A stretch of DNA of 64,000 nucleotides from assembly GCF_963676685.1 (NCBI RefSeq), contig NC_092347.1:99014001-99078000 (forward strand), written 5' to 3'. The notes below the pieces were generated by a model. The model saw only the letters and a program-made list of their open reading frames with translations, did no database searches and was not told the origin of the DNA. Numbering within the stretch: the stretch's first letter is position 1; every line of letters begins with the position of its first letter. The translations under genes and the position numbers were made by a program. Positions 36,801-50,842 of this stretch are shown here, in pieces. The DNA is from Mytilus edulis (Eukaryota).

Positions 36801-37517
36801 TGATTTGTTAACAAAACAGACATAATATCACTATAAAAACAAACAACTATGTAACAAACAAGCACACACAAAATTCATATAGACAAAGTACATTAGCAAA
36901 TATGAAAGACAAGAATACAAAAATTTACCATAGCACAATAACACAAAGACGGGATGTATTAGTATAGAGCCACATCATATGTAACAAAGAAACATAAAAA
37001 GGCATATAGACAAAGCACATAAGCACAAATGAAAGACGAGAATACAAAAACTATAATAGAACAATAACACAAGTCGGGGTTTATAGGTACAGAGTCACGT
37101 CAAATGGATATCACAATTTTGCTCATGAGCTTTGTCGACATAGATAAAGATGTGGTATGAGTGCCAATGAGACAACTATCCATCCAAGTCACAATTTGTA
37201 AAAATATACTCATTATAGGTCCAAGTGCGGTCTTCCTTCAACACGGAGCCTTGACTCACGCAGAACACCAAGCTATAAAGGGCCTTTAAAATGACTAGTG
37301 TAAAACCATTCAAACGGAAAAAAACCAAACGGTCTAATCTAAATTTTAAAAAAAACAGTATCGAGAAACACGTATGAACTGCATCAACAAACAACAACTA
37401 CTGAACATCAAATTCCTGACGTAGAACAGGTGCAAATAAATGCAGCGGGTTTAAACGTTTCAAAAGGTATCAACCGTCACTCTTATCTGAAACAATAGTG
37501 TAACATCGCAACACAGT

Positions 37518-37695
37518 AAAAAGTAAAATCACAAAAATACTGAATTCCGATGAAAATTTAAAACAGAAAGTTCTTAATCAAATGGCAAAATCAAAAGCTC
37601 AAACACATCAAACGAATAGATAACAACAGTCATATTCCTGACTTGGTACAGGCATTTTCTTATGTAGAAAATGGTGGATTAAACCTGGTTATATA
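37518..37695 (+). repeat. Abundant dispersed repeat (AAAAGTAAAATCACAAAAATACTGAA...CCTGACTTGGTACAGG); other copies at ~8955-9115, 10020-10215, 33115-33230, 38050-38165, 44236-44378, 49087-49300, 59670-59772
   Basis: Recurs many times on both strands and often lies next to Penelope-like RT remnants. Confidence 0.8.
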
Positions 37696-38174
37696 AGACA
37701 CACTATAAGATATCAATTAGAATGGCCCAACTCAATTAAATGACATATTAACACAAATGAATATAAATTGAACGAATAAATTTGATCCATGACCCAATGT
37801 AAATATAAAATCATAAAATAAGGAGTGAATAAAGCTAGGCAACAGTAGTATACCGCTGAGAGATGTTAAACAATTTCGGAACAACAGCAATAACCTTGAA
37901 CGAAATGCCGCCAAATAGAATAATGTACACAGGTAAATAAAAAGTATTTTGTTGTAAAGTATGCAGTATAAACGGAGAACAGAAATATTTTAAAAAAATT
38001 AATTAATTTTGTTGTTCATAAAATATATGCCTTTTTGCATATGAATTTGACAGCTGTTGTCCATTCGTTTCATATGTTTGAGCTGTTGATTTTGCCTTTT
38101 GACTAGGGATTTTCTGTTTTGAATTTTTCACGGAGTTCGTTATTTTTGTTATTTTTACTTTTTTGAATACTTTA

Positions 38175-38613
38175 GGTGTAATACCACCAAATCCTAGTAC
38201 GTCGCATCCGGTCGAAAAAAAAATGTTCCCTTGAATTTAACAGTTGTACGTAATTGATCCTACATTGCATTGCAGTAAAATATTTAAGGGTCAAAAACAT
38301 ATGTCTTGGGTATTTCAAAGCACCATTATTTTTTTATTTGGGGTCTCTATAAAATATTTGGGAAACTTGAGGTTACATGGTTACTGAAGCTTGTACACAG
38401 ATTAAAAAAAGGGAAAATTTTATTGGTTAACTTCCAGTGATGGTTATTAACTTATATGCAATGAAATGTTATGTGACATTTTTTCTATAGTACTGTACAA
38501 GATAAAACTTAACGCATGCCAAGTATTTCTTTATTTGAAACATACATAAATTCTGGACAATTTTTTTAAAAGTGCAAATTTAACAAGGGGAAAATCAATG
38601 GTGGTATTACACC
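38175..38613. mobile_element. MITE with 14-bp perfect TIRs (PIF/Harbinger-like or TA-TSD type)
   Basis: tta|GGTGTAATACCACC ... GGTGGTATTACACC|taa. Confidence 0.75.
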
Positions 38614-39637
38614 TAATATTGGAAGTCCTCCAAAACACATTTTATGAGAAAATTTCCATTAAATTAGATTCTACCATGAATATTAGTTCACAGAACATAC
38701 TTAGTGTTTTGAGAAGCTTTTTCTCTTTATTTCTTATATTCTGCTATAACAGAAAAAAAATCCTGAGAAGTACTTTAATAAATATAATTATAGTTATAAG
38801 TAAATGAAATTATTTTTAAAGCAGTAACAACAAATTATTCACTAAAAGAGAAGCTTTTTACATGCAATAGGCACTACGTGGCTACAAATTACTACGCGTA
38901 GAGCATACAAATATTTTTGATATTCAACTTCAATTTTGTACGCGCATTAACATTTATTCAATATAACGCTGTGTGTATACATACATAGTATTGTATTCAC
39001 TTAAGTGAAATTTATCTTAAAACAAAAATATTTTTGTTATAAATGTTATGATTTAATTCCAAAGATGTTTGTGATAAAGTTACGCAATGGTATATTTGAC
39101 ATTACTTTGTTATTTTTTTATAACAGAACGGAGGTTTTAACAGTAACACAATAATATATTTTCAAAACTACATCTAGGCCAGTTTAAACTTATGACTATG
39201 TTATCTTTCAAAGTTGGTTTATAAGAACATCAAGATTATATTTTACCTGTTTTATGGGCTATTTTCTGTTTTGTCTGTCCGCTTTTCCGTCTGTCCAGAA
39301 ATGTATGCAGTATAAAAAAAGAAGACGTGGTACAATGAGACAGCTCTTCACAGAACACTAAATGACACAGAAATTATTAATAATAACTATAGGTCACCTC
39401 ACTGTCAATTATTTTTTCATTCGAACTTTTTGACGTAATTTCAAAATACTAACGATACAAACAGTTCAGCGAGCACCCGTTTTGATCAATTGTTTCTAAC
39501 ATACTTTTGCAAAGTTTGCATAAACTTTGACAAACTTTACACTCGCTGCAAATGCTTCTACTGTTTGTCGTTCGTCGTTTTGTTAGTTCTAACGATGCAT
39601 TTCTTTCTAACTTTAACATTAAATCAATTATCTAAAC

Positions 39638-39797
39638 GTGTTCTTGCTTGTCATAACTTAAAACAATGTCTAAACTTACTCTAATTTAGGTATTACCCTC
39701 CTTTCTTTCATTAAATTAACAGCTATGAAATAAAGGGGGGTAATACTTAAATTTTAGTAGTTTTAAACAATATTTTGAGTTATGACAAGCAAGAACA
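39638..39797. mobile_element. Foldback hairpin element
   Basis: TGTTCTTGCTTGTCATAACT pairs with AGTTATGACAAGCAAGAACA, with further imperfect inner arms. Confidence 0.55.
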
Positions 39798-41351
39798 TAC
39801 CTCTTTTAATAAAAAAAAGGCTTCATCATCACTATCTTCATCCATTCATCTGATTAAGATGAAGAACTGCCGATAAAATGAAATATGCATAGAGAATCGA
39901 TGCACCCTGTATTTATAACATCTTCTACGGAGGCTATTCCCCCGCGTAAAAAGTTCAATTAACAACAATATGTGCATGCGTTTTTGACAGTTCAAACAGG
40001 ATCAGCAAACTCTGATTAAACGATGTATTTGTTTCTACTTCTGTAACGTATAACAAATGGCACACAACGTTTACCAAACTTTAATTAGAAAGAAATGCAC
40101 TCTTGATCTCTTGATAGATATATGTAAAGTTGTAAACAGTTTCAGGAAAGGTATTACTCCAGGGGATTGAAATTCTACTTTGGGTCAAATTTTGGGGAAA
40201 TATGTGACATCTTTGCCCTCTTTTTGCAATATTTTAAAGCAAATACATGCAGGTTGTTGCCATACAGCATAAAGAAAATAAATATCTTTAACCATTCAAC
40301 TACTGGATATCAAATCTATGAAAAACACTGATTACATACTTATGCACATACCGGTATATGACACAAACAGTACGATTTATTTGTAAGAAAGCAAGGAAAA
40401 GGGGATGGTAAAGTTTATGTATATTGCTATATAACATAAGTACTAATCCAGTGACAAATCTCATTTTGTGGTGTTATTTCCAAAAGAGAACAATACAACT
40501 ACCATTGCATGTCAGTGTCCTCTATGAGGAAGTTTTTATAAGCATTTGAGTTCCTCTTTGTTGAGTTAGTGCAAGTCTCTCATACTGCCCACACAGTGCT
40601 CGTCGTGTCAGCCACTGCCTCACCACGATTTTATCGGCGCCCGTTGCTGTCTACACCATCTTGTTCGTCTTCTATGCACTCTTCAAGCTCCGTCATAGCT
40701 ATAAACATGTCTCTCTGAGCTCTTACCATCTAGCTCACAAATGCAATTGCTTTATGTCTATGTAGAGATTTTAAATGTATGATTTTACTCAAACCTTTTA
40801 CTGAATATAACCAATTAACGGAGAATGTGTCCATGGGACATTGATAATACCCAAGCTAGCATATATAACATTATAAAGGGTCATTACTCAAATTCGCATT
40901 TGAACTGTTTTATGGCAATAAGCATTGCGTATACGGCGTTTCCTAAAGTTTGGTTGAGGCGGCGGGGAATAAAAGTTTAGGACGTTTTTATACTAAAATT
41001 GGGCATACCCGACTAATTCTAGCTCGTCGAGTAAAGTTCGTTTAAAGATCGTGAATTGATCGGAATAATCGAACAAGTATTCATTTTGTTGTCGGGATGG
41101 AGTCGTGATGGAGTCGTGGATTGTCGAGTTAAGGTCGTGTACAGTAGGATGGCGGTCGGGTGGAAGTCGTAAACAGGCCCGAACAAGAATTTGGTTGAGC
41201 TTGGTCGTGGAAATTTGGACAATCGGGATCATCGAGTTGATCTGATCGGCAGTGTGAACCTAGCTTTACTGAAACATTGTTCAATGTTACACGAGTGACT
41301 TCGATTAATATCAACCTGAATGGCATTCACTCAGATAGGATTCTACTTCGT

Positions 41352-41420
41352 CAAAAACGGGGATCAAACCAGGAACCTTTATGTTAGTAGTCAGATGCGC
41401 TAACCATTTCACCACTGCTC
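41352..41420 (-). other. tRNA-derived SINE head / pseudo-tRNA
   Basis: Minus strand GCAGTGGTGAAATGGTTAGCGCATCTGACTACTAACATAAAGGTTCCTGGTTTGATCCCCG has A-box and B-box-like motifs, but the stems do not close. Confidence 0.45.
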
Positions 41421-43579
41421 TCATCATACGATATTTTTTATTATCTCAGCCTATATATTATAATATTGTCATATTTTATATTGATATTGGTGTTCTTCAA
41501 ACATGTCAAATGCCTTCAAACCTTGAACATAATTCTTTACGTCTACTGCATTTGATAAGTAGCATGAAAATTGTCTAGTTCCAATCAACTGCATCACCTT
41601 TTTTTTAATTTTTGAATTTAAAGAGTTAAAGCTTCAGTAAGATGCTACCAAATGTAAACTTTGGTTGGTTAACAAGGATGGTTATATAAATTGTAACCTC
41701 CTTGGTTTTAATAACATTATTCACCTATGACTGAGAATAATTTCTGTACAGGTAAATATAGTGAAGTTTAAAAATCATTTAAAGATGAAGCACTCCTCCA
41801 CGTAGTTTTTTCAGAGGTACAAAATTGAATGTTTTAAATATTTAGATTTTTTAGAATTACGGTATTTTAATTTTTTTAATGTCATTTACTTGTTTGAATG
41901 ATACCTACATTTTCATGAAATATACATTGTACGCTCGAATGGTTTAACATCTGAATCATGACAACACAATATTGTACATCTTGTTTACTTTATTTAATTT
42001 TCTGGATACCATGCATTTCATATGCAACTTTTGATGAACATTGGTGTAATTTCTTTGGGTCAAAACAGGGGTTCGAAATTGTCTTTCTTTTTGTAAAACT
42101 ATTCAGTAACGTGCACCTAAAATCGACATCATGTAATTTGCGTCTTACACAAACTAATCACTGCTTAAAATTGAATTATGGGTAATATTTAGAAAACTAT
42201 GTAGTTATAGATAATTCAAATATTTATGAAATTCGAATTTGTTGTATAGGGAAATTTCTTATTTTGAAAAGGTTACTTTGAAAAATTACGCACTGGGATA
42301 ATTCACTATTCGTTTTTATCAAATATTTAATTTAACATTGAATAAAATCATTTTTAAATTAACTTGTTTCCAAAAGACAAAAGACAAAATTTAGCTTTGC
42401 AGCCAAAAGAAGTTTTAGTTGAGGCAATACCTGTTTTCATTTTCCAATTGTGGGAATTCCTCATAAAGTTCCAGATCAATCAAAATCGTAATGCATGAAT
42501 ATTTTGATAAAGTTAGTTATTCAGAGAATTTGTAGGATGAAGTAAGTACTTCAAATTAAAACTCATAAAAGTACCCACATAACGATGTGATTAAAATTTG
42601 AAGACATTTTAAAAATTACATCTGATTTAAATATGTAAAAAAAAAAAAGGACAGTATAAAGCTTTATATTCTTTTATTCAAACATGTTGATGACATATCT
42701 TTGATACGTTAACTAACTTGTTAGACTTCGTGACGAAAACAAGATAATGATTGATACCGACAGACAACCCTTCTCATCTTCTTTTCTGTTCTCTCTTATT
42801 TATAAAACTGTATCTCATCTTGTTTGTTGTTAATTCAACAAATGATTTTTTTTTTTCTCAGAAGGATGAAGCGGAAAGTTTCAATTTTTTCGATGGTGAG
42901 TGCTTGAATTTAACTGCATCCGATTAAATTTATCGCAGCTATGATACTAGTTATTAGTGATAATCTTTTTTATTCGACTATACAGTGAATTACCAACGTA
43001 TCCCATGTTTTACTAGTTGCAGCTAGGTATATTCTTTCACTTGAAGAGAGACATCTAGTTTATATCAAGTATCTTGGTTTTTGGAAAGTTTAATGATGAT
43101 TTCGAATGAAGCATCACACACGAAAGAAGCATTCCATATATAAAACATACATTCATGTATATATAGGAATCATTGCTGTAACCATATGCATAAAAGTACA
43201 GGGGAATTTCCCCGGGCTACTTACAAAATTAGAGCAGGCTGGTATACTTTATTATCAAATGCCTTAATCTATTGTTCTGTGTTTTGTTGGCAGCTTAAAG
43301 TTAACTTTTAGCTCCAAAAAAGAGGTGTTTCAATTTTAAAGGAAATATGAATAATAAAGATTGAGAAAGAAGCAATTCCAAAATCAAACAATCTGTTTAG
43401 TACTATCATTTATAAGTTCTGCAATATCTTTATAGTTTTGCTTTTGCTGTATTGCAATATTAATAACTTGTTTTCCAAATATATTCTGGGATTTTTTCAA
43501 TGACAATTTTCAAACCATCACAACTATAAAAACAATAAACCTGTATCGAAACATAACTCATTCTACGTAGAAGAAAGAC

Positions 43580-43825
43580 CTGTATGGCCAGTGATCTGAG
43601 AAGTCAAATTACTATCTTAATAGCCTGTCAACACAGAGATTATCAGATCAAAACCCGCACGAGGCAGGTACACTCGATTCCAATCATAATAGACTATGAA
43701 TTCCAGTTTAACTGCAAAAGGTCGGCGTTTAACTTAAAGCACTGTGGCTGCCTCTACCAAATTAAAACTGACCGCTACGAAATAGAACAAAAGTGCTGAA
43801 AGTGGCGGTAAACACAAAAAAATTA
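43580..43825 (+). mobile_element. Decayed tRNA-derived SINE
   Basis: Degenerate Pol III head, 3' AAAACTGACCGCTACGAAATAG..GAAAGTGGCGGTAAACAC and an A-rich tail. A related inverted fragment lies at ~52400-52580. Confidence 0.5.
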
Positions 43826-44946
43826 ATCGATCAATATTCGTGAAAGTGTGTTTTCAAAAGGTTGTCATATCAGCATGTAAGAAATCGTAAGTATGCCGTG
43901 TCGACCGGTATCAACTTGATTTAAACAAACATTTTTTAAACGTGTAAGGAGTCAATTGATAAGACAACTGTACAAACAAGCCTTCTTTTAAAAAAAAAGG
44001 GTTGTCTGTGATACATGGTTAGAACGAGAACATACGTTGTATTTTAATAAATTAAGTAAATTGAATAAAAAGTCGAAAGACGTATGATTTATGATACATG
44101 TTCACAGTATACTATCTTCATCAACAGAGGTATGACCCTTACACAACGTATGCCTCAAATGAGTCATGAGGAAGAACCACTGATATAGACACGGGTTGTT
44201 TTTGTCGTTTGGTTTTATTGACTCATATATTATAAGAAAATGACTGTACCAAGTCAGGTATATGACAGTTGTTATCCATTCGTTTGATGTGTTTCAGCTT
44301 TTGATTTTGCCATTTGATTAGGGACTTTCCGTTTTGAAGTTCCCTCGGAGTTCAGTATTTTTGTGATTTTACCTTTTTTGTAATGCATAGCCGTCTTAGA
44401 TATATGAGTTGAAAGTCCCTATGTCCCTTTGATATCTTACGTCACCTTTTGATACACCATGGACCTTTTTTTATTAACCAAATATATCGAATAAATACTA
44501 AGCAGAACATTTCATAACACATTAGCATGTTATCATAATGTATATTATGGTTGTATTTCACACTGCGTGAAATGCAACTACCAATTTACCAATAAAATTG
44601 TTAAATGTTCAAAATCTATAGATGCTATAGGATGTTTGTTTCGTTTGGTCTCATTGACCCATTCCCCATATCTTCATTTATATCCATCCTAGATATACAC
44701 TTATCTTGAAGTCCTGATACAATGAATGATGATATAATAAAAAAACGTTCGTCGAAAATTAACTTGTGTTAGGTATAAGGTACATGCAAAACTAAGGACA
44801 ACAAATCGATTGCGTATAGTAGCTTATTACCCATTTAAAAAAGGCCTAAATATAACAAGATGGTAAATTTCATTAAAAAGCAGTCACTGCTTATTTTATT
44901 TTTTGCCGAAATGCAACATCTTTAAAAACTTAATGTTACATCTGAA

Positions 44947-47900
44947 TCACGTAGTTATACGAACTACATTGAACGTGTTATAAACATCAAAGAGACTCGA
45001 TGCCTGGTTTGTCATTTGTACACAAATTTGGTCTCCCACTACCAGTTGCATGCAGACAGTTTGGGTTCCCATATCATATTGGTTATAAGTGAATAGCCAT
45101 ACATAAATATCTCCATTCTTCCTTAGAGTAGTGTGAGCCGTTACAAGGCCTGACATCATGGTAACAGACACCAAGTAAATACCACCCATTCCTGGACCAA
45201 CAGTAAATATACCAGTAGTGCTACTGTAACCAGGATCCGTACAAAGAATTTGGTTGTATTTGATACATTCTGTAACATTGTATGGATTATAACCTCCGGG
45301 TAATGTCGCTGTCAATGAAGCTGTAAACAGATTTCAATGGATTTTAAAAATGTATATTATACGCACAAACATAACTGCACATTAAATACTTTATGATGAT
45401 AATGCATTACTTAATCTCTAGCACAATTTATTCTGCAGTCAGCTGTTAATGACCATCTATTCTTTTACTGTTATGAATCAAAGTTAAAGGACAAAATTAG
45501 TAGTAAAGATTGATCTAAATTCCATTTAATTTGTTCCAGAACAATTACCGTTATCTTGATGATATTTAATATATTAAACATAGGGTGAAATTTAAACAAT
45601 TGTCTTCCGCTAAGTCATGGGATTGAGAAAAATATCTCCTTCGTATTAACCGTTCAAGTTTTGGCATTTGAACGTAGAGTGTACAAACACTTATTTTAAC
45701 ATGAATAGGTGGTACAAATATGCAACAATAAGTTTTTATCTTAGGATACATGTATGTTAAGTTGTTATTGAAATTAAATAGATAGTTAACGACCTGTATA
45801 CACTTAATGCATATGCTGCATTACAAGGCTTTTTCAAGCAAACTTCTGTTTAGATGTGTTAACAGCTCTGTTTAACAATATTATTAAATAAAACAAAAAC
45901 CAGACTGTCCAATTTCCTCCCCCTCTAAACAGTAAACTAAACATTTGTGTTTCAAGTTAGTATAATTTAACATAACACTAGCGCTTTCTTTTAATTTAAG
46001 ATAACAATCAAAAGAGGGGCGAAATATACCAAAGGGACATTCAAACTCATAAGTCGAAAATAAACTGACAACCTGATGGCAAAAGTACAATAGATTGTCC
46101 GTTAAACAGATTCATAAAGAACCAAATTCAATGTAAACGTGTATTTCCCATTAGTATTCTGTCACAACATAAAGTTGTAATCGAACGAAAATAAACAGAT
46201 TTTTTAGAATTTCACATGTACGGGATTGAGGGATTATATTCTATTATTAATTAAATTACTGGTGAAAAATTATCAAAGTCATCATACTCAAAAATAGTAA
46301 AACAAGAACGGATTCATTATATTGATAATATTTTTTATATGTGCAAAGCGTATTCCTTCGATGTTTTCTACAAAACTTTGATGTCTGGCATTTGTTTATG
46401 TCTTTAGTTTTCTTTTTTTTTTAATAAAACATGCAGTTCTAAATTTCAGTATGCAATGTACTGTTTAGTATGTATTTATTATAGCATGCATTTGCTTTAA
46501 AAAAAAACTGACGTCTTCAGAAAGAAATGTGTTTTAATTTTACTACTTCCTAAAATTGCAAATTCTATTTTGTTAATAGTTTTTTCGCAAACAGAGAGCT
46601 GTGGCGGGTTAATTACAAACTCGTGTTCTTTCCTGCACCCCTTCTCCACAAGTTACTGAGCATGATCCATAAATACCCCCATGGTCCCCAGTTGCCATTA
46701 ACTAGGAGAAGAATAGATCAGGTTAAAGCTTTCATCTAACTTATTTCTTTACTTACTGAGCTATACTCTTGTAAGTCACAAATCTTGTTTCAAGACAAGA
46801 ACGAATTCATTATATTTATAATATTTTTTATATGTGCAAAGCGTATTCCTTCGATGTTTTCTAGAAAACTTTGATATCTGGCATTTGTTTTCATTTTTTT
46901 TTAAACCCGCAAATATAAGTCTTAATGTATTGCATATTATCTTTATTTTATAAAAATGTGTGTTCACTTGAAGAAGTTATATGGTTTTAATTGACATGTA
47001 CAACTTGTACAACAGTACAACACAGAGCTTACACATGATTATGTTGGTTTGTTTCTATGACAGAATGACAACATACATTTTGTACTTGGACAAGATTAAT
47101 AACATTTGATTATAATTGAGATTCTTACCTGGACAATCCATTTTTGTACATGGTTTTTGCTCGATTTGGGGTCCATTTTCGGATACACAGTCGATTATAA
47201 TATCGTCCCAAACCGGTATACATTGTCTTGCTCTAGTTTGGGTTCCCACGCAAATATCGCAAATCCAGCTCTCCCATTGTGCCCAGTAACCAAAATGAGT
47301 AGAAGATGCTAACAAGATAAAGTTGCACACTCTTATTGATCATAATAGAATTTCATCTGCCCTAGGAAATCCTTCAAAATTTCATGATTTGTTAAAATTT
47401 GAGTAAAAATGACAAAATTTTATATATTCAATACTATTTTAAACCGAAAAATAATATCAGCTAGGAAAATATATGTGTGTCTAGTTAAGCTGTATTTCAG
47501 CTACTCCTGTCACATAGGTATCTCTGTTTTTTCCTGCATCTTAGAACTTAAATGTATCTTTCAGTCGAGGTTGTTTTCATATTACGTATGTCAATGGCGT
47601 TAATTACTCAGATTCTGAATTCATAAATTCGGGTTTTTTTTATTTCTTTTCTTTAAAACAAACTTGAATTAATTCAGATACTGAATCATTTTGTTTGATA
47701 CAGTTGATAACGTTTCTGTCGATTATTAAAGTCATTTAATGCGAAATTTCAATCTTTTTTATTTTATCATATTTTCAAACGTTTAATTGTGTTCGCATAA
47801 ACGTCTATTCGCTAGTTTCCAGCATATCTAAAAGGCTTATTCTCTTTTTTTATCCATTAAATTGCCGTTCAACTTGTTCTTGAAATTGCACCAGATCGTG

Positions 47901-48782
47901 CCCGTTGTACTTATATGACGTTGCTGTATGATGAAGTTCAGCCTCACATAGTTAAGTTGAAGAATGCATGTTTTCAAATCAGGTTTAATACATTTTGTAG
48001 GTTTTCACTTACTTCGATATCACATATTAATGATTGTAATTGTTTCTAAAAACAAAATTTGTTATTTTAGAGACAAGGATTTTCTGGGCTAATTTAATTG
48101 TACATGTATGATTTTTTATGAACCTTATGTTCACTAAACGTAATTAAAAGGGATTGTTTCAATTCCCAAAGATAATTTTAGAAATAAGAACGCCTGGTAT
48201 GCATGTGACGACCCAAGTTATGAACGCCGTCAATGGTTGTCCTTTGTAACATCTTTCAGTTTTCCCAGTAACTCATATCTGTCTGAGTATTCTCCGCAAA
48301 AAACATGTGTATATTGTTAAGAATTAACCAATCCACAAATTCGTTTCTATAATCTAGTAGTCCTGTAAGCATGTATACACACAGAGCTCAAGACAAAGAT
48401 TTGCATCATACCAGCTTAAAATAATGTGCTGATATTTTAAATAGCAATGTATTAACCATTTGGGTTTTTTTTTATCTCAAAGGACTGACCGGGATATTGC
48501 AAAGTGTAACTTAAGATTATTAATTCTTTTTCATTTTTTTTTTTCATGCCTATAGCTTACAAAGTTTAACCATCACTAAAGATAAACAAACAATTGTTCA
48601 GGTTTGCTGTAATATTTGTAAGTTTCAGTCTAAAGTATTGAAGGCTACATCATATGTTTAATATTATTGGTAATATTGCTGTATTTCTCTGTATAGTCAT
48701 TCAAGATTTGATAATTTTAACAATTAAGTAATTACATACCTGCTGAAAAAAACAAATAAAAAATCAGAGTTAGCAAGTGCAT
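44947..48782 (-). CDS. Secreted TSP1 + C1q domain-containing protein (C1qDC), ~198 aa if the decayed exon is skipped
   Basis: Signal exon 48782-48740 (MHLLTLIFYLFFSA); TSP1 exon 47308-47129 (WAQWESW-C..QTRARQC..KPC..C); C1q exon 45320-44947 (GYSSTTGIFT..GIYLVS..LVVGDQICV..YNTF). All junctions are phase 1 and sum to 597 nt. TATATAA at ~48855-48849; AATAAA at 44900-44895. Confidence 0.75.
46540..46701 (-). pseudogene. Decayed second TSP1 exon of the C1qDC gene
   Basis: TTCTCCTAG acceptor, then VNGNWGPWG[+1 frameshift]IYGSCSVTCGEGVQERTRVCN*PATALC..*..RIC with in-frame stops. Confidence 0.85.
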
Positions 48783-50842
48783 GTTGTCTGTTCTGCGTCT
48801 CTGTTAAAACTTATTTTAATGAATGATGCATTGTGGTGATCGTCTGCTTATATAGTCAGGTCGTCGTCTTGGTTACCAGCTATGACAAGTTCATGTACGT
48901 GTCAAAATGGTTTTTTTTTTCTTTTTTAAGGTTTATAATTAACTACATTCACTATTTATTGACTGGATTCGAGTGTTAAAAATGTGAATATATTGTGTTC
49001 GCTCTATTACATCACTTTTGTACAAGCTGTGACTAGTTTATTTAAAGTATAACTTCTTTCTTTGCCTTTTAAGGATTACATCAACTAAGTAAAATCACAA
49101 AAATACTGAAAACCGAGGAAAATTCAAAACGGAAAGTCCCTAATCAAAAGGTAAAATCAAAAGCTCAAATACATCAAACGAATGGATAACAACTGTCATA
49201 TTCCTGACTTGGTACAGGAATTTTCTTATATAGAAAATGGTGGATTGAACCTGGTTTAATAGCTAGATAAACCTCTCACTTGTAGGACAGTCGCATCAAA
49301 TGCCATTTTGAGTGAGATTTTAAGTCAGCAACATAGTGTGTGCGATCATTTACGTATGATAAAATAGTAGCATTTTCACTTATGAATGTATGTTTTTGTG
49401 TTTGTACGTGTGTGTTTGTGTGTGTTTGTGTGTGTGTGCTGAGTTGCAGACTCATTGATGTTTTCATTTAATCATATTGTTTTATGTTTCTTTACTATGG
49501 CAATGTTAACAACTTATTGTTTAATATGCAAATGTCCATTAAAATAAGCATAGCACAAACACCTCAAATTTCATGAACAAAAATATAGCATGATAGGACA
49601 AGTTTTAAATTCAAAGCAATTCATTTGTCTGTAAATCTGTCAGCAGCTGACACTACATTTTTTCTTGAGTGTTTTAATCAATAAGATATAGAAATCCTTT
49701 CAAAATTGACAGGGCCGTTAGCCATTGTTCACTCATCTTCCGAGGGGGAGAGCATGTTTTTTATATACGTTTTTATTAACATACAGGAGAAATATTTTTT
49801 TAATTTTGAAGTTGTTCAGTGCTTGTCGTTTGTTTATGTGGTTCATGAGTGTTTCTCGTGTCTCGTTTTTTATATAGATTAGTCCATTGGATTTCCTGTT
49901 TGAATGGTTTTACACAAGTTCTTTTTGGTGTCCTTAATAACTTGCAGTTCGATGTGAGCAAAGAATCTGCGTTGAAGGCCGTACTTTGACCTATAATGGT
50001 TTACCTTTTACAAATTGTGACTTGGATGGAGAGTTGTTCATTGTCACTTATACCACATCTTCTTATATCTATGTATTACATATTTGTTTGTGTTCGTCAT
50101 TTTGTAAATAAATTGGGCCGTCAGTTTTCTCGTTTTAATTGTTTCACATTTGTCATTTCGAGGCCTTTTGTAGCTGATTATACGATATGGGCTTTGCTCA
50201 TTGTTGGAGGCTGTTACTATAGTTGTTAATTTCTGTGTCATTTTGTTTCTTGTAGAGAGTTTTCTCATTGGCAATCATACCACATCTTCTTTTTTATATT
50301 CATGCTTGTTGAATAGTTGGATACTTTTTGTCATATATGTTTAAGTATAAATGGGGTTGTTGGTTTTCAATTTAGATTTGTTTCACAGTCAGTCTGTCAA
50401 GAATTCTACACGTTATATGCTGTGTTCATAATTCTCTAAGTCCTTTTATCTGAAATGGTTGGCTCGCTGGAAATCATGCGACACCTATATATACTTATTC
50501 TTATTTTAATAAAAAAAATCTATCGAGCAGATACGAGAATGATGCTCCTTAAAAGTTAATTGTCAAAAACTTGTAATTTTCCGACATTGTTTATGACGTC
50601 TTTACACTAAATCAATTGGAGATGTACTGATTGATATTTTGTCTTTGATACATGGTATTTATTAATTGTTATTGGGTAACTGCGAGTAATCTGAGATCGC
50701 ACATTTGTGTCTTTAGTGATTTTTCAGTGGCTAGTTTTGTTTTGGTATCAATCTGACGGTTGAAGCCCTTTCAACTGATATCTTTAATTTGTTTTTTGTT
50801 TTGCTGTTAAACTGCCTACCACTTTTAAGGGATGGATTGGGA

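Noticed and set aside
40993-41326. Overlapping GC-richer ORFs
   Set aside because: They contain short internal repeats (GTCGTG, GTCGGG) typical of a non-autonomous transposon fragment and show no protein motif.
41352-41420. Functional tRNA gene
   Set aside because: Acceptor and anticodon stems do not pair and the T-loop is mutated, so it was treated as a SINE head or pseudo-tRNA.
42862-42895. Isolated plus-strand 34-nt exon-like segment (poly-T CAG ... GTGAGT)
   Set aside because: No partner exons or recognisable protein similarity were found.
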